NCBI GenBank assembly: GCA_002412065.1
Contig: GG730042.1
Coordinates: 1 to 51,950, forward strand
From: Candidatus Parvarchaeum acidiphilum ARMAN-4
GTDB lineage: Archaea > Nanobdellota > Nanobdellia > Parvarchaeales > Parvarchaeaceae
Reading direction: 5' to 3'
DNA: 51,950 bases
Both the position numbers and the translations under genes were made by a program. The notes below the pieces were generated by a model, which did not search any database, had not been told where the DNA came from, and saw only the letters and a list, made by a program, of their open reading frames with translations. Below, piece after piece: positions 26,630 through 37,105 of this stretch. Numbering within the stretch: position 1 is the stretch's first letter; each line of letters starts with the position of its first letter.

Positions 26630-28036
26630 TTATTTTCTGCCTTTTAATTTTCTTGGCGTAGTAAGGTTGAAAGGATCAAATATTTTTTCTAGCTTTTCTT
26701 TTTGAAGTATATTTTCATCTTCAGCAACCTGTTTTATTGTTTTTTCTTCTTTTACAGCTTTTTTGACAATTTCAGCGCTTTTTTCATAGCCTATATAAGG
26801 GTTCAATGCCAAGCCAACTCCAGGGGTTTTATTTACCATCTCTTCTATTCTTTCTCTGTTGACTTTTATGTCATTGACTGTCTTCTCTGCGAATATCTTA
26901 CAGGCATTTTTAAGTATAATCAAATCATGCAGCAGACAGTAATTTATTATCGGCTCCATAACATTTAATTCAAACTGTCCGGCTTGTGTTGCCAATTCTA
27001 TGGTCTTGTTGTCTCCCATGACTCTAAAGCAGACCATATCAACCATCTCTGCTATGCTTGGGTTAACTTTGCCAGGCATTATTGAAGACCCTGGTTGAAC
27101 AGCCGGCAAAACGATCTCCGCTAACCCAGTTATGGGCCCAGAATTCATTAATCTCAGATCATTGGCAATCTTTGTCAAGTCTGTGCAAAGGACTGTTATT
27201 GCGCTTGATAATGCAAAAAGGTCAGAGGGAGATTCGGTAACCGCCGGAAGGTCTTTTGACTGGTTTAATTTAAGGCCTGTCCACTTTCTTAGGTAAATTA
27301 TAGCTTTTTTCACATATCTTGGGTCAGCATTTATTCCCGTGCCTACAGCCGTTGCTCCTAAGTTTATATTCTCCAGCTCTTTGTTTGCTTCATTTATCCT
27401 AGAAATAGATTCCTTTATCAAATCGGCCCAGGCCTTGAATTCCTGTCCCAGTCTGATAGGTGCAGCATCCATTAAATGGGTTCTTCCGCTTTTTATTATC
27501 TTATCAAATTCTTTGGCCTTTTTTGAAAAGGATATTTCAAGTTCATTTAATGCTTTTATTAATTCGTTCGAAAGTTTGAGAGCAGCTATCTTTGTAGCAG
27601 TAGGTATGACATCATTCGAGGATTGGCCCATGTTTACATCATCATTTGGATGTAATACAGAGTAATCACCTCTTTTTTTGCCTAGTTTTTCAATTGCTAT
27701 GTTAGCTATAACCTCATTTACATTCATGTTATTTGAAGTTCCTTCTCCAGCTTGATAGATATCTACTAGAAATTGATTGTCAAACTTTCCTTCAAGTATT
27801 GCATTGCATGCATGTACTATAGCATTTGCCTTCTTTTTTTCCAAAAGGCCTATTTCTGAATTTGCCATCGCAGCCGCCTTTTTTATTAAAACTATAGAAT
27901 AAGTGTATTCTTTTATTGGTGTTATGCCTGAGACAGGAAAATTATCCAATGCACGCTGCGTTTGAACTCCCCAATATGCTTCGCTAGGTACTTTAACTGC
28001 CCCTAAATAATCTTTTTCTACCCTAAATTTATCCAT
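26630..28036 (-). CDS. Aspartate ammonia-lyase / class II fumarate hydratase
   Basis: HPNDDVNMGQSSND, GRTHLMDA, GSSIMPGKVNP; AspA versus FumC is not resolvable by eye. Confidence 0.9.
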   Translation of the reverse strand: MDKFRVEKDYLGAVKVPSEAYWGVQTQRALDNFPVSGITPIKEYTYSIVLIKKAAAMANSEIGLLEKKKANAIVHACNAILEGKFDNQFLVDIYQAGEGTSNNMNVNEVIANIAIEKLGKKRGDYSVLHPNDDVNMGQSSNDVIPTATKIAALKLSNELIKALNELEISFSKKAKEFDKIIKSGRTHLMDAAPIRLGQEFKAWADLIKESISRINEANKELENINLGATAVGTGINADPRYVKKAIIYLRKWTGLKLNQSKDLPAVTESPSDLFALSSAITVLCTDLTKIANDLRLMNSGPITGLAEIVLPAVQPGSSIMPGKVNPSIAEMVDMVCFRVMGDNKTIELATQAGQFELNVMEPIINYCLLHDLIILKNACKIFAEKTVNDIKVNRERIEEMVNKTPGVGLALNPYIGYEKSAEIVKKAVKEEKTIKQVAEDENILQKEKLEKIFDPFNLTTPRKLKGRK

Positions 28037-28069
28037 TTTATTCTATGGTTTTCTAGATATTAATTTCTT

Positions 28070-29296
28070 TTAGACAGAAGCTGCATTTGTTTTTACCTTT
28101 TTTCCTCTTAATGTTATAAAGGCTCCGACAGTCGTAACTATATTCGTCAGAATTATAACATATGTTACTAATACAAGGAAGGTATTTGCTTGGGGGATAC
28201 CATACTCCAAAGCTAATATTGCCAAAGTAGCGGGCGTTAAACCCTGCGCCAGAGAAATAAATATGGGCAGTTTATCCTTAACCATATCAGATTTGTATGT
28301 TGATATCGAAACGGCAATGAATCTTGAGAACAATAAAATACCAAGTATTGCAAGTCCTGCGCCTAAACCGAAATACAAGCTTGAAAATGAGAGGCTTAAT
28401 ATCAAACCCAAAAATACAAAGAAGAAGGTTTTTAATATGAAAGTAATTTCTCCTTGGAAGTTGAATATGTCCTTTTCCAGCTTGTCCATTTTTATTTTTC
28501 TTCTGAATAGTTCGCTTATAAACCGGTGGTTTCCGAAAACTATACCGAAGATTATGACGGCTAGGTAACCGCTTCCGCCAGCTTTATCCGTAAGCCCATA
28601 AGTAAGGAGAAGCAAACCCAATGTTAAAACATAGGTATAATGCTGGTTTTTCAAATAATTTAGCAGGTAAATCCATATAACAGAAAGTATCATTCCGATA
28701 AATATCCCTATTGAAAAGGAAGACACCAACGAGTCAACTGTAGAGTAAATATTTGCGTTTCCACTTTGGTACAACCCAACAAATGTAAGGAAGAGAACAA
28801 CTAAAACAATTGAGTTCAATGCTGCTTCAAATGTTAGGAACATTACTGTTTTGTCTTTTATGTTAAGCTGTCTTGACAGAGGTATTATAACTACAGTTGT
28901 AGTCTCACCTCCGACTATAGCTGCGAATATCAAGGATATAACTAAATTGAAGTGCAATACAAAATATGATAGCATTGTCACTGCTGCAATGCTTATGCTT
29001 ACGTATAATGCAACTTGAACAAATGGTCTCCAGCCGTCTTTTAAAAGTGTTTTGGCTTTTAGGTCTAAACCTCCGTGGAATATAACCATTATAAGTGTTA
29101 CTTCCGCCAGTACACCAAGTAATGGGAGTAAAGCGGCCTTTTGGATAACACCAAGTACTGGGCCAAGTATAAATCCTGCAAAAACTAAGAAAAGAAAGGA
29201 GGGAATATGGGTTTTTCTAAAAAATTGCTCTCCTATGTAACCTAAGAATATTATAAGTGCAGACACAAGCAGAATAAAGGTTACAGACTCTGTCAT
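28070..29296 (-). CDS. Cation:proton antiporter (CPA1/NhaP-like)
   Basis: About 12 TMs, IFHGGL, FEAALNS, TFFFVFLG, GLTPATLA. Confidence 0.85.
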   Translation of the reverse strand: MTESVTFILLVSALIIFLGYIGEQFFRKTHIPSFLFLVFAGFILGPVLGVIQKAALLPLLGVLAEVTLIMVIFHGGLDLKAKTLLKDGWRPFVQVALYVSISIAAVTMLSYFVLHFNLVISLIFAAIVGGETTTVVIIPLSRQLNIKDKTVMFLTFEAALNSIVLVVLFLTFVGLYQSGNANIYSTVDSLVSSFSIGIFIGMILSVIWIYLLNYLKNQHYTYVLTLGLLLLTYGLTDKAGGSGYLAVIIFGIVFGNHRFISELFRRKIKMDKLEKDIFNFQGEITFILKTFFFVFLGLILSLSFSSLYFGLGAGLAILGILLFSRFIAVSISTYKSDMVKDKLPIFISLAQGLTPATLAILALEYGIPQANTFLVLVTYVIILTNIVTTVGAFITLRGKKVKTNAASV

Positions 29297-30513
29297 TTCT
29301 TTTCTACCTCATTGTGTTTTTGTTTGTTTATTATTGAAATCATGAGACTGTTAAGGAATATTGTAACAAATATAACTGCAAATATTATGTCTATAAATGA
29401 ACCTGTTCCAGGTATAGCGTAGCTTAAAGGAAGGGCTGCAACTACGGCCGCACCTGCTCCTCTTGAAACCATAGATCCAATAATTGCTTTGTCTTTTTCT
29501 TCATAAGCTGATTTGTAAAGTGCCATTTTTGTTGATACATATTTTACTATGAAAAGGGTCAGTGCTATTACAATTCCGAAAATAAAAGCTAGGTAGTCAT
29601 TCAATAAAACAAGTGCACCAAAGTAAACAAAGAAAAATGAAGTGGTTAAAAATGTAACCAGCTCGTTAAATGACTTGGATTCTTTGTTTATATTGAAGGA
29701 AATACTGTGCCTGTATTTTAGAGACTTGAATATGTTTTCCCCGTTTGCTATTATTATACCAAAAGCCAGCACCGCTATCGGCCCGCTGCCGCTTATTGCT
29801 CCTATAAAAACATACAGTAAAAAAGCTATTGCAAGTGAAGCTACATATGAGTAATCGTATCTTTTTCTCTGAAGATAGCCCATTATAGGAACCCATGCCA
29901 TACCTATAAGTGCTCCCAGTACGGCGCCGATAGAAAATTCTGATATAACCTTGCCAGAAACAAAGTTTATGCTGGTGTTATTTAATATTATTGCACCTAC
30001 TAACACTAAAACAAATATTATCGTCAATGGTTCCTCGACAGTCGCTTCTAATTCCACCAGGTTCCTTGCTTTTTCAGTTCCGCTTCTCCTGCTAAAGCTT
30101 GATACTACTGACAAACTTAAACCTGCAACTGTAAGGCTTAATAGTCCTGCGATTATAGGGTTGTTAAGCAGGAAATATGTTATCAGAAAAACAGCAAAAA
30201 ATGACAGTATAAAGTTTATTAGGGATAGTCCTAAACCTCTTGAAATAGTGTGTATTACCTTCCTTAAGTTTATGCTTAATCCAGCATTAAACAGAACCAA
30301 TAATATTATGATGTTTATTATAAACGGAAGGTAAGAAAGCAGAGTGTTTCTTTTAAGTAAGCCCAGTAAAGGGCCAAGCAAAAGACCGAAGAACATGAGC
30401 CACAATATATATGGTATTGTTGTCTTTTTGCCAAGTACACGGCCTATAAAACCTATAAGCAAGACCCCTGCCGTTCCTAGCATCAGAAAATTCAATACTG
30501 ATGAAGTTAACAT
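29293..30513 (-). CDS. Cation:proton antiporter (CPA1/NhaP-like), tandem paralog
   Basis: LFNAGL, LEATVEEP, SFFFVYFG, SRGAGAAVVA; 4-bp overlap with the next gene. Confidence 0.85.
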   Translation of the reverse strand: MLTSSVLNFLMLGTAGVLLIGFIGRVLGKKTTIPYILWLMFFGLLLGPLLGLLKRNTLLSYLPFIINIIILLVLFNAGLSINLRKVIHTISRGLGLSLINFILSFFAVFLITYFLLNNPIIAGLLSLTVAGLSLSVVSSFSRRSGTEKARNLVELEATVEEPLTIIFVLVLVGAIILNNTSINFVSGKVISEFSIGAVLGALIGMAWVPIMGYLQRKRYDYSYVASLAIAFLLYVFIGAISGSGPIAVLAFGIIIANGENIFKSLKYRHSISFNINKESKSFNELVTFLTTSFFFVYFGALVLLNDYLAFIFGIVIALTLFIVKYVSTKMALYKSAYEEKDKAIIGSMVSRGAGAAVVAALPLSYAIPGTGSFIDIIFAVIFVTIFLNSLMISIINKQKHNEVEKK

Positions 30514-30604
30514 AATTACTTTTTAATTTTAACCATTAAATATCTTTCAAACCTCAGAATTTAGCTCTAAATTTAAGATTATTCTGTATTTCACAATAAT
30601 TAAA

Positions 30605-31216
30605 TTGTTTGGTATCTGGATATTCAATGAAAATTATAATTCAAGTATAGCTTCTAATAGTGGGGAGGGGTTTAATGGAAACGATTCAAATGGTTTGTTT
30701 GCATTTTCTCCAGATAGCCTTTCTTATCAACAATTTGGAGTAGGGCCAGTAACAAATGGAAAAGGTGGTCCTGAATTACATCGCTGTAAGTCTTCAGATA
30801 CTTTTGTAAATGTACCAACAGATTTTTTCAATGGCCAATGGCATTTTGTTGCTGTTTCTGTAAATAAACCAAATTACATATTTGAATTAGACGGAAATCA
30901 ATATACTGCTAGTAATTCAAATGGTTTCTCAAGCGGTAATTTAATTGCAATAGGTGATTATGCATTTAATTACTGTGATGAGGGTCCTTTTAATGGGTAT
31001 ATAGCTGACGTGCAATTATACAATGGTTCTCTTTCAGCATCTCAGCTTTTAAGTTTATACAAAGAAGGGGTTTCAGGTTCTCCTCTATCCTTATCAAGCG
31101 CTCCGTTAATAGGTTACTGGCCATTGAATGGAACAGTAAATGGTTTAGTCAAGGATTATGCTGGTAGCGATTATGGTAATTTTATAAACTCTTACTTAAG
31201 TTCAAACTTTCCATGA
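30605..31216 (+). pseudogene. LamG/concanavalin-like domain lacking its N-terminus (5'-truncated or silent cassette)
   Basis: GQWHFVAV, PFNGYIADVQLYNGSLS..Q...LY.EG, LIGYWPLNG..KDY. No ATG and no signal peptide; begins mid-domain. Confidence 0.7.
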
Positions 31217-31291
31217 TTAATATATTGAAAAATAAAAAAGTTTATTAATCTTCACACCTTATATAATCTATATTCTAATGGGGTGATTAGT

Positions 31292-31807
31292 ATGATAGGG
31301 AAACAAGCACCAGAATTTGATTCTGAAGCATATGTAAACGGTGAATTTAAGAGCGTTAAATTGAGTGAGGATAGAGGAAAATGGTTGGTTTTATTTTTCT
31401 ATCCGGCGGATTTTACTTTTGTATGTCCCACAGAGTTAGAGGGTTTTGCAGAAGACTATAATAAATTCAAGGATAAAGACACTGAGATAGTTGCCGCAAG
31501 CGTTGACAGCGTATATGTCCACAAGGCCTGGGCTGAAAGCGATAAAAGAATAGCAAAGGTTAATTTTCCAATTTTGGCAGATAGGTTGGGCTCAATAAGT
31601 AAAGCATACGGGATTTACAATGATGAAAGTGGAAATGCGCATAGAGGATTGTTTATAATTGATCCTAACGGCATAGTAAAATATATGGTTGTTACAGATG
31701 ACAATGTTGGCAGAAGCACAGATGAAACCTATCGTGTTCTATCCGCTTTGCAGACAGGTGGACTATGCGGGGTCAATTGGAAAGAGGGCCAGGAAACTTT
31801 GAAGTAA
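31292..31807 (+). CDS. ahpC: 2-Cys peroxiredoxin (AhpC)
   Basis: FYPADFTFVCPTE, GRS.DE, LCGVNW; SD GGGGTGA before ATG 31292. Confidence 0.93.
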   Translation: MIGKQAPEFDSEAYVNGEFKSVKLSEDRGKWLVLFFYPADFTFVCPTELEGFAEDYNKFKDKDTEIVAASVDSVYVHKAWAESDKRIAKVNFPILADRLGSISKAYGIYNDESGNAHRGLFIIDPNGIVKYMVVTDDNVGRSTDETYRVLSALQTGGLCGVNWKEGQETLK

Positions 31808-31808
31808 G

Positions 31809-32288
31809 ATGGCAAGGCTATCTTGGGACGAGTATTTTACTGAAATAACAAAAAAAGTAGCAGAAAGATCAACTTGTGACAGAGGACATGCAGCATGCGT
31901 TATAGTTAAGGAAAACAGAATTCTTGCTACTGGTTATGCCGGTTCCCCAAAAGGTATGCCTCATTGTGATGATGTAGGCCATATGTTAAGAAAGCAGTAT
32001 GATAACGAAACTGGGGAGATAACTACACACTGTATCAGGACAGTGCATGCGGAGCAAAATGCAATAACACAAGCAGCTAAGTTTGGTGTTTCTCTTGACG
32101 GTTCAACGGCTTACGTAACTATGGAACCTTGTTTTGTATGCGCAAAAATGCTTGTTCAGGTAGGAGTTAAAAGAGTGGTTGCATTTAAGAAATATCATGA
32201 TGATAAAGATACCCTTGAGCTTTTTAGTAAATCCAATATACCTATAGAAGTAAAAGAAGACAAAGAAGAGGATTACGCAAATAAATAA
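31809..32288 (+). CDS. dCMP deaminase (ComEB-like)
   Basis: RSTC.R, TVHAEQNA, PCFVC. Confidence 0.9.
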   Translation: MARLSWDEYFTEITKKVAERSTCDRGHAACVIVKENRILATGYAGSPKGMPHCDDVGHMLRKQYDNETGEITTHCIRTVHAEQNAITQAAKFGVSLDGSTAYVTMEPCFVCAKMLVQVGVKRVVAFKKYHDDKDTLELFSKSNIPIEVKEDKEEDYANK

Positions 32289-32330
32289 TCTTTTAAAAGA
32301 TTAAAGCTAGAATGAAGACTTTTTGTATTT

Positions 32331-33344
32331 TTATTTATATAGAAGACCTCCACGGTAATTTATCGCGTGTTTATTTATTTTATGCTCAAAAGTTTCGTTG
32401 TGGTTTATAATATGGGTTACTGAGAATCCTTTTAAAACAAGAGCATCAGACACAAGAGAACGGTGGCATTGCCAAGGTAATATTTCAGCGCACATTATTA
32501 CAGTTCTTTTTTTAGCCGAAGCTTTCATAAGATAAACTAAACCTTTCTTAAAATTTCTTGTTTGCATATAATCTGCAAAGCCTCTAAAAGAATTATTCTC
32601 CCAAAAAGTATTCATTGAATTCTTGCTGTTTTGTCTTAGCCCTCCTAATTCTTTAATATTTTTGTATTCAACTCCGTTTTTTATTAAGTCTCTTTTTAAA
32701 GAGACAGCATTAAATTGGGGATTATGCATTGACATAGGGATTTTTCTTATATCTATAACCTCTTTAATGCCGTATTCTTTTATTAAATCTATAAAGTCAT
32801 TTATGTTCCTTGTTGAATGTCCTATTGTGAATACTCTTTTTTTATTAGTTTTCTTTATGTTTTTTATTCGTTCAAAGCCGTCTGTTTTTCTAATTACCCT
32901 TAAAGTTTCAGGTGTAAGAAATTTTGTCACTTTTTTATTCTCTACTATTAGTTTTCTTATTTCTGTTCCGGATAACTCTTTTTTATGTCGTTTTATTGTT
33001 TTTGTCTGTTTTTTATAGTGTAAAAGAATCGCTCTCACATGTTTATTACCACCATAGTGCACATCGAATTTTCCCACAGTTTTTATCAGCTCTTTGAACC
33101 ATTTAGAATCTGAATTTTTATCCTCTAATCCAAATATCATGAAATTTTTCAGGTTTTCTTTTTTAAAAGATCTTTCAATCATCTCTTTTCTCTCTTGAAA
33201 AGTGAAAGGGTTTCTTTTTTCGAATGAGAACTGTTTGCTCCCTATGACTATTTTTATAAGATCAGCTTTTTTGGCTAATGAAATCAAAGTTTTTAAGTGT
33301 CCTTTATGAAATGGCTGAAAACGGCCTATAAACAGTATCTCCAT
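32331..33344 (-). CDS. NMN adenylyltransferase-like domain fused to DUF488 domain
   Basis: FIGRFQPFHKGH, NPFT..ER and SGTEIR; then FTIGHSTR, IDIR..P.S..NPQF, LGG.R, MCAE..PWQCHR. Confidence 0.85.
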   Translation of the reverse strand: MEILFIGRFQPFHKGHLKTLISLAKKADLIKIVIGSKQFSFEKRNPFTFQERKEMIERSFKKENLKNFMIFGLEDKNSDSKWFKELIKTVGKFDVHYGGNKHVRAILLHYKKQTKTIKRHKKELSGTEIRKLIVENKKVTKFLTPETLRVIRKTDGFERIKNIKKTNKKRVFTIGHSTRNINDFIDLIKEYGIKEVIDIRKIPMSMHNPQFNAVSLKRDLIKNGVEYKNIKELGGLRQNSKNSMNTFWENNSFRGFADYMQTRNFKKGLVYLMKASAKKRTVIMCAEILPWQCHRSLVSDALVLKGFSVTHIINHNETFEHKINKHAINYRGGLLYK

Positions 33345-33391
33345 GAATTTATTAGATTTTTAATTATTAAATAATACTTTATGATAGTTTA

Positions 33392-34726
33392 TTATAATCT
33401 ATAATCTAAGTCCTGTTTGAATTTTTCTAAGTAGAACTGCTTTTCGTTGTAGTCTGCTAAATAAAGGCAATTATCCATTGCCTCTTTAAGACAGGAAGTC
33501 GCACCTGGGGATGGTGTTACTGAAAATAAAGCTCCGTCTCCTTCTATTGCAGTTCCACCCAACGCAAGCTGTTTTTTATTTGTGTCTATTATTTGTGGCC
33601 TTATCCCGCCTACATTATGTGCAAGCTGGAGATCTTCTGGCCTTAATGAGGGTACTATCTTATTTACTTCATTTTTAGTAAAGGATATTTTTCCTATAAA
33701 TGGGATGGAATAAATCAAGTTCTCTTTGACTATTTTTGAGATCGTCTTATCAAAGAGTATGTTCTCCAGGCTTTTAGCAGTAGCTTCATTGAAGTTAAGG
33801 GAATGGAAGTAATCAGGCATTGAATACAAGTTTCCTTTTTCTAGTTCAGGATAAATATTTACTGTAGGGCCAAACCTTGTTATAGTTGGATCAGTAATAT
33901 CAGGATCGCCATGTACAGCGGCAAAAGGTATCCCTTCTCTTTCGACTCTATAAACTTTTCCTTTTAGAACTTTCTTTGAATAATAGAATTTACCGCCTAC
34001 TGATAATACCCCTAAGTTGTTTCCGTACCCGAGTTTTTTAGCAAAGAATAAGCTGTATGCTCCGGCAGTTACAAGCACAGAATCAGAAAGTATTTCTCCT
34101 TTTCTAGATTTTATTATATACCCTTCTGAAGTCTTTTTTATTTCTGTTACTTCTTCATTGAATTTTGCTTTAAATGAATCTTTCTGGAGGGCTATGTCTA
34201 AAAATGACTTTGAAAGATTATGGTAATCCACCATATAACCATTATCTGTAAAAAGTGCAAGTAAATTTTCATTTTTGTCTCTTCCTTTTACTACATTAGG
34301 CTCCACCTTTGCGATGGCTTCTTTTTTGTCAAGTTTTTTGACGTAAGGGAATATATCCTTAAATTCAGAGTCATATCTTTTTTCAAGTTTATCTATCTCG
34401 TTATCTCCTACTGCAAGTGTCATTTTTTGACATTTTTGTATAATATTCTTTTGCTCGTCTTTATTTAATTCCTTATTAGCATAGCTCACAACTAGTTTTG
34501 CGTTCTCCTTTGTTTCTTTTGTTTTTTCTATGGAATAGTTTGTTTCTATCTCACCAGAATGAAGCGTCTGGCTATTGTTATTGCTGTTTGAGTTAAGTAA
34601 TGCGACGTCTTTTTCCTTTTCTATCAATAGAACTTCTTTAAAATCAGAATATCTGCTCAGAGCATACATACTTGCAGTTCCAACAACACCTGCTCCTATT
34701 ATTACTATTTCATACTTTTTTGACAT
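33392..34726 (-). CDS. mqo: FAD-dependent oxidoreductase, probable malate:quinone oxidoreductase (Helicobacter-type)
   Basis: GAGVVG, NSQTLHSGEIETNY, PFAAVHGDPD, RFGPT, GGIRPQ, TPSPGATSC. Confidence 0.75.
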   Translation of the reverse strand: MSKKYEIVIIGAGVVGTASMYALSRYSDFKEVLLIEKEKDVALLNSNSNNNSQTLHSGEIETNYSIEKTKETKENAKLVVSYANKELNKDEQKNIIQKCQKMTLAVGDNEIDKLEKRYDSEFKDIFPYVKKLDKKEAIAKVEPNVVKGRDKNENLLALFTDNGYMVDYHNLSKSFLDIALQKDSFKAKFNEEVTEIKKTSEGYIIKSRKGEILSDSVLVTAGAYSLFFAKKLGYGNNLGVLSVGGKFYYSKKVLKGKVYRVEREGIPFAAVHGDPDITDPTITRFGPTVNIYPELEKGNLYSMPDYFHSLNFNEATAKSLENILFDKTISKIVKENLIYSIPFIGKISFTKNEVNKIVPSLRPEDLQLAHNVGGIRPQIIDTNKKQLALGGTAIEGDGALFSVTPSPGATSCLKEAMDNCLYLADYNEKQFYLEKFKQDLDYRL

Positions 34727-34987
34727 GATAATTTAACAAATTACTAAAATTTAATTGTATCTTCATAGATTTTACATAAATAACTCTATTATAAAACTCA
34801 ATTAAATCCTATAAACTATAAATGTAGTCAGTTTTGTTCTAAATCATAGCGAATTAAACTTTGATTATGCTTTTTTAGTTAATACTGAAAATAATAATAC
34901 TAACACAGAGTATATGCCCACTTATATAATTGGTTAGTTAAAGATTAATTTAAGACAAATGATTTTTGTTAAATTATTTTATATTTA

Positions 34988-37105
34988 CTAGATATGTGTT
35001 GCGCTTATTACTAATCCTCCTACAGATCCAAATATCAATGTAACTATGAATGCTATTAGTATATACAATATCATTGAAATAAGAAGCATAGACGCCATAG
35101 TATCACGCATTAATATCTTATCCCCAGGTTGTGAAATTGATGATACAGCGTATCCTATAATTATACTTAAGCTTACTAAATAAATTCCAATTATAACCTG
35201 AAAAGTATAAAGAGGTATTGCTCCCCCACTTAAATTAAACATACTAAATGCAAATGGAACAACCGAAGAAACACTGCTGCTTGAAGATGTGCTAGCAGCA
35301 CTTTGTATCGAGGTTATGCTGCCTGAAAGTGAAGTAAGGACTGTTCCTATCAGAGTAGTCAAGCCTACAACTATACCCGCCATCGCAGGGCTTATAAGTC
35401 CAACTTCGACACGCATTCCGGATGTAACTTCCTCTAGCATCGAGCGAACTTGTTCTTCTATTTTCCTTAGATTAGCAAGATGCTTTGAAACGTATGATGT
35501 GGCTACCGAAGCATTTCTTACGCTTTTTGCAGCAGATGACAAGAATATTTTAGTTGACGCTAGAATTAATGGCGACGGGAAAAACCTTGTAGAACCATTT
35601 GTTGGGTTGAAGAATGCATCCTTTAATGACATACCTAACTTTCTAATGTTATTTATTGTTACATCAAAAAATTCTGCTACAGGAGTTCCCTTCATGTTTT
35701 CTTCAACCTTCACCAAAGTAGCTTCAGGCGGGTATCCTTGTGAGAGAAATGAGCTCATCTGTGACATCGCTGCACCAAATGAAGATTCTATCGCTGTTAA
35801 TTCTTCCTCGGTTTCTTTGAGTTGTACGACTGATAGTTTTAGGTAAACTACAACCGAGAATCCTATCGCTGCGGTTATAAACATAGAAACATATATCTGC
35901 GTCGGTCCAAATGTTAGCAATAAAGGATATAAAAAGTAAACTGGCAGCATAAAAAGTATAAAAATAGCTATTGCAGGGAAGAGCGCGCTTATACTTACTT
36001 TCTTTTTTCCAAAATTTATAAAGAAATTCCCTATTTTTGGTATATTTGGTATATTTTTTATGTCAGGTGCACCGAATCCGCTTGGTCTTGTCATTAATTT
36101 GTTTCGGATAAGGAAATAAACCATTAGAGGAAGCCCAACATCATACATTAAAGCTAAAAGAAGACCAAAGTCTGGTACTGCTACGAAAGCCATTAACATA
36201 GGGGCAAGTACTAACCCTAAAACTGGCAGAACCATACCTATCATATATATTGTATTAAGAGGCTCTTTTAGCGAAGAGGCATATTTAGTCATCGCTTCGA
36301 ATGTTCCCCCAAGAACTCTGTCGGAAGCTTCATCTAACAAGTCAAGCCTTGCTTCTTCAGTTTCCTGTGAGGTAGAGCTTTCAATCAAGAAAAGTGAATC
36401 TGTAAATGCAGGGCTTGATTTTGCCCATCTTTGCGAGTACTCATCCAAAGCTTCCTTTATGTTGTTATATTTTCTAGCAGCAGTATCCCCAATAAGTTTT
36501 TTTAGATCTAGAGCAAAATAACTTGTTAGGTTATCAGAGGCAAATTGAACAGCTCCTTCAAGATTTGGCGTCTGTCTCATAAATATAACCATGTAAAGTA
36601 TCATAGTTACAAGGTCGCTTGAGGATCTACTCAACCTAACTGTCATCTGTTGCTGTGGGAAAATCTGAACTCCTATAAATGATAATACTCCTAGAAACAT
36701 CAATACTATTCCAATTATTATCTGTCCAAATACTAGGAGTATAACTCCTAATATCATAAGACTTACTAAGGAGAATACACCAAAACCATACAACTGTTTT
36801 GCATCAAAATCATATCCTAATAAATAAAGCAAAGTGTTGATTTTCTTTTCCTGTTCTTTGTTTATGTTGAATTTTATTACTTTACCGATTGTACTAGCTC
36901 CAAAGTTTATTATCTTTGAGAATGTCGTAGGATTTTTTTCTTTGAATATCTTATACTCCAAGGAACGTAGTTCTTCCCTTACATTTTCATCTTTTTTGTA
37001 TAAGTCACTTGGAACTAAGTTTTCTTTTGTGTAATAGGTATCTATGAAGTTTTTATCTATCCTCATAGTCGGTATCTTTTCCTTTACTTTTTGCTTTTTA
37101 GCCAT
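34988..37105 (-). CDS. Type IV pilus/T2SS-F platform membrane protein (TadC/ArlJ-like)
   Basis: Two cytoplasmic-domain-plus-TM repeats, PNLEGAV; overlaps the ATPase gene. Confidence 0.8.
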   Translation of the reverse strand: MAKKQKVKEKIPTMRIDKNFIDTYYTKENLVPSDLYKKDENVREELRSLEYKIFKEKNPTTFSKIINFGASTIGKVIKFNINKEQEKKINTLLYLLGYDFDAKQLYGFGVFSLVSLMILGVILLVFGQIIIGIVLMFLGVLSFIGVQIFPQQQMTVRLSRSSSDLVTMILYMVIFMRQTPNLEGAVQFASDNLTSYFALDLKKLIGDTAARKYNNIKEALDEYSQRWAKSSPAFTDSLFLIESSTSQETEEARLDLLDEASDRVLGGTFEAMTKYASSLKEPLNTIYMIGMVLPVLGLVLAPMLMAFVAVPDFGLLLALMYDVGLPLMVYFLIRNKLMTRPSGFGAPDIKNIPNIPKIGNFFINFGKKKVSISALFPAIAIFILFMLPVYFLYPLLLTFGPTQIYVSMFITAAIGFSVVVYLKLSVVQLKETEEELTAIESSFGAAMSQMSSFLSQGYPPEATLVKVEENMKGTPVAEFFDVTINNIRKLGMSLKDAFFNPTNGSTRFFPSPLILASTKIFLSSAAKSVRNASVATSYVSKHLANLRKIEEQVRSMLEEVTSGMRVEVGLISPAMAGIVVGLTTLIGTVLTSLSGSITSIQSAASTSSSSSVSSVVPFAFSMFNLSGGAIPLYTFQVIIGIYLVSLSIIIGYAVSSISQPGDKILMRDTMASMLLISMILYILIAFIVTLIFGSVGGLVISATHI

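Noticed and set aside
34727-34987. 260-bp intergenic gap as possible ncRNA
   Set aside because: Very AT-rich with no convincing stems or repeats.
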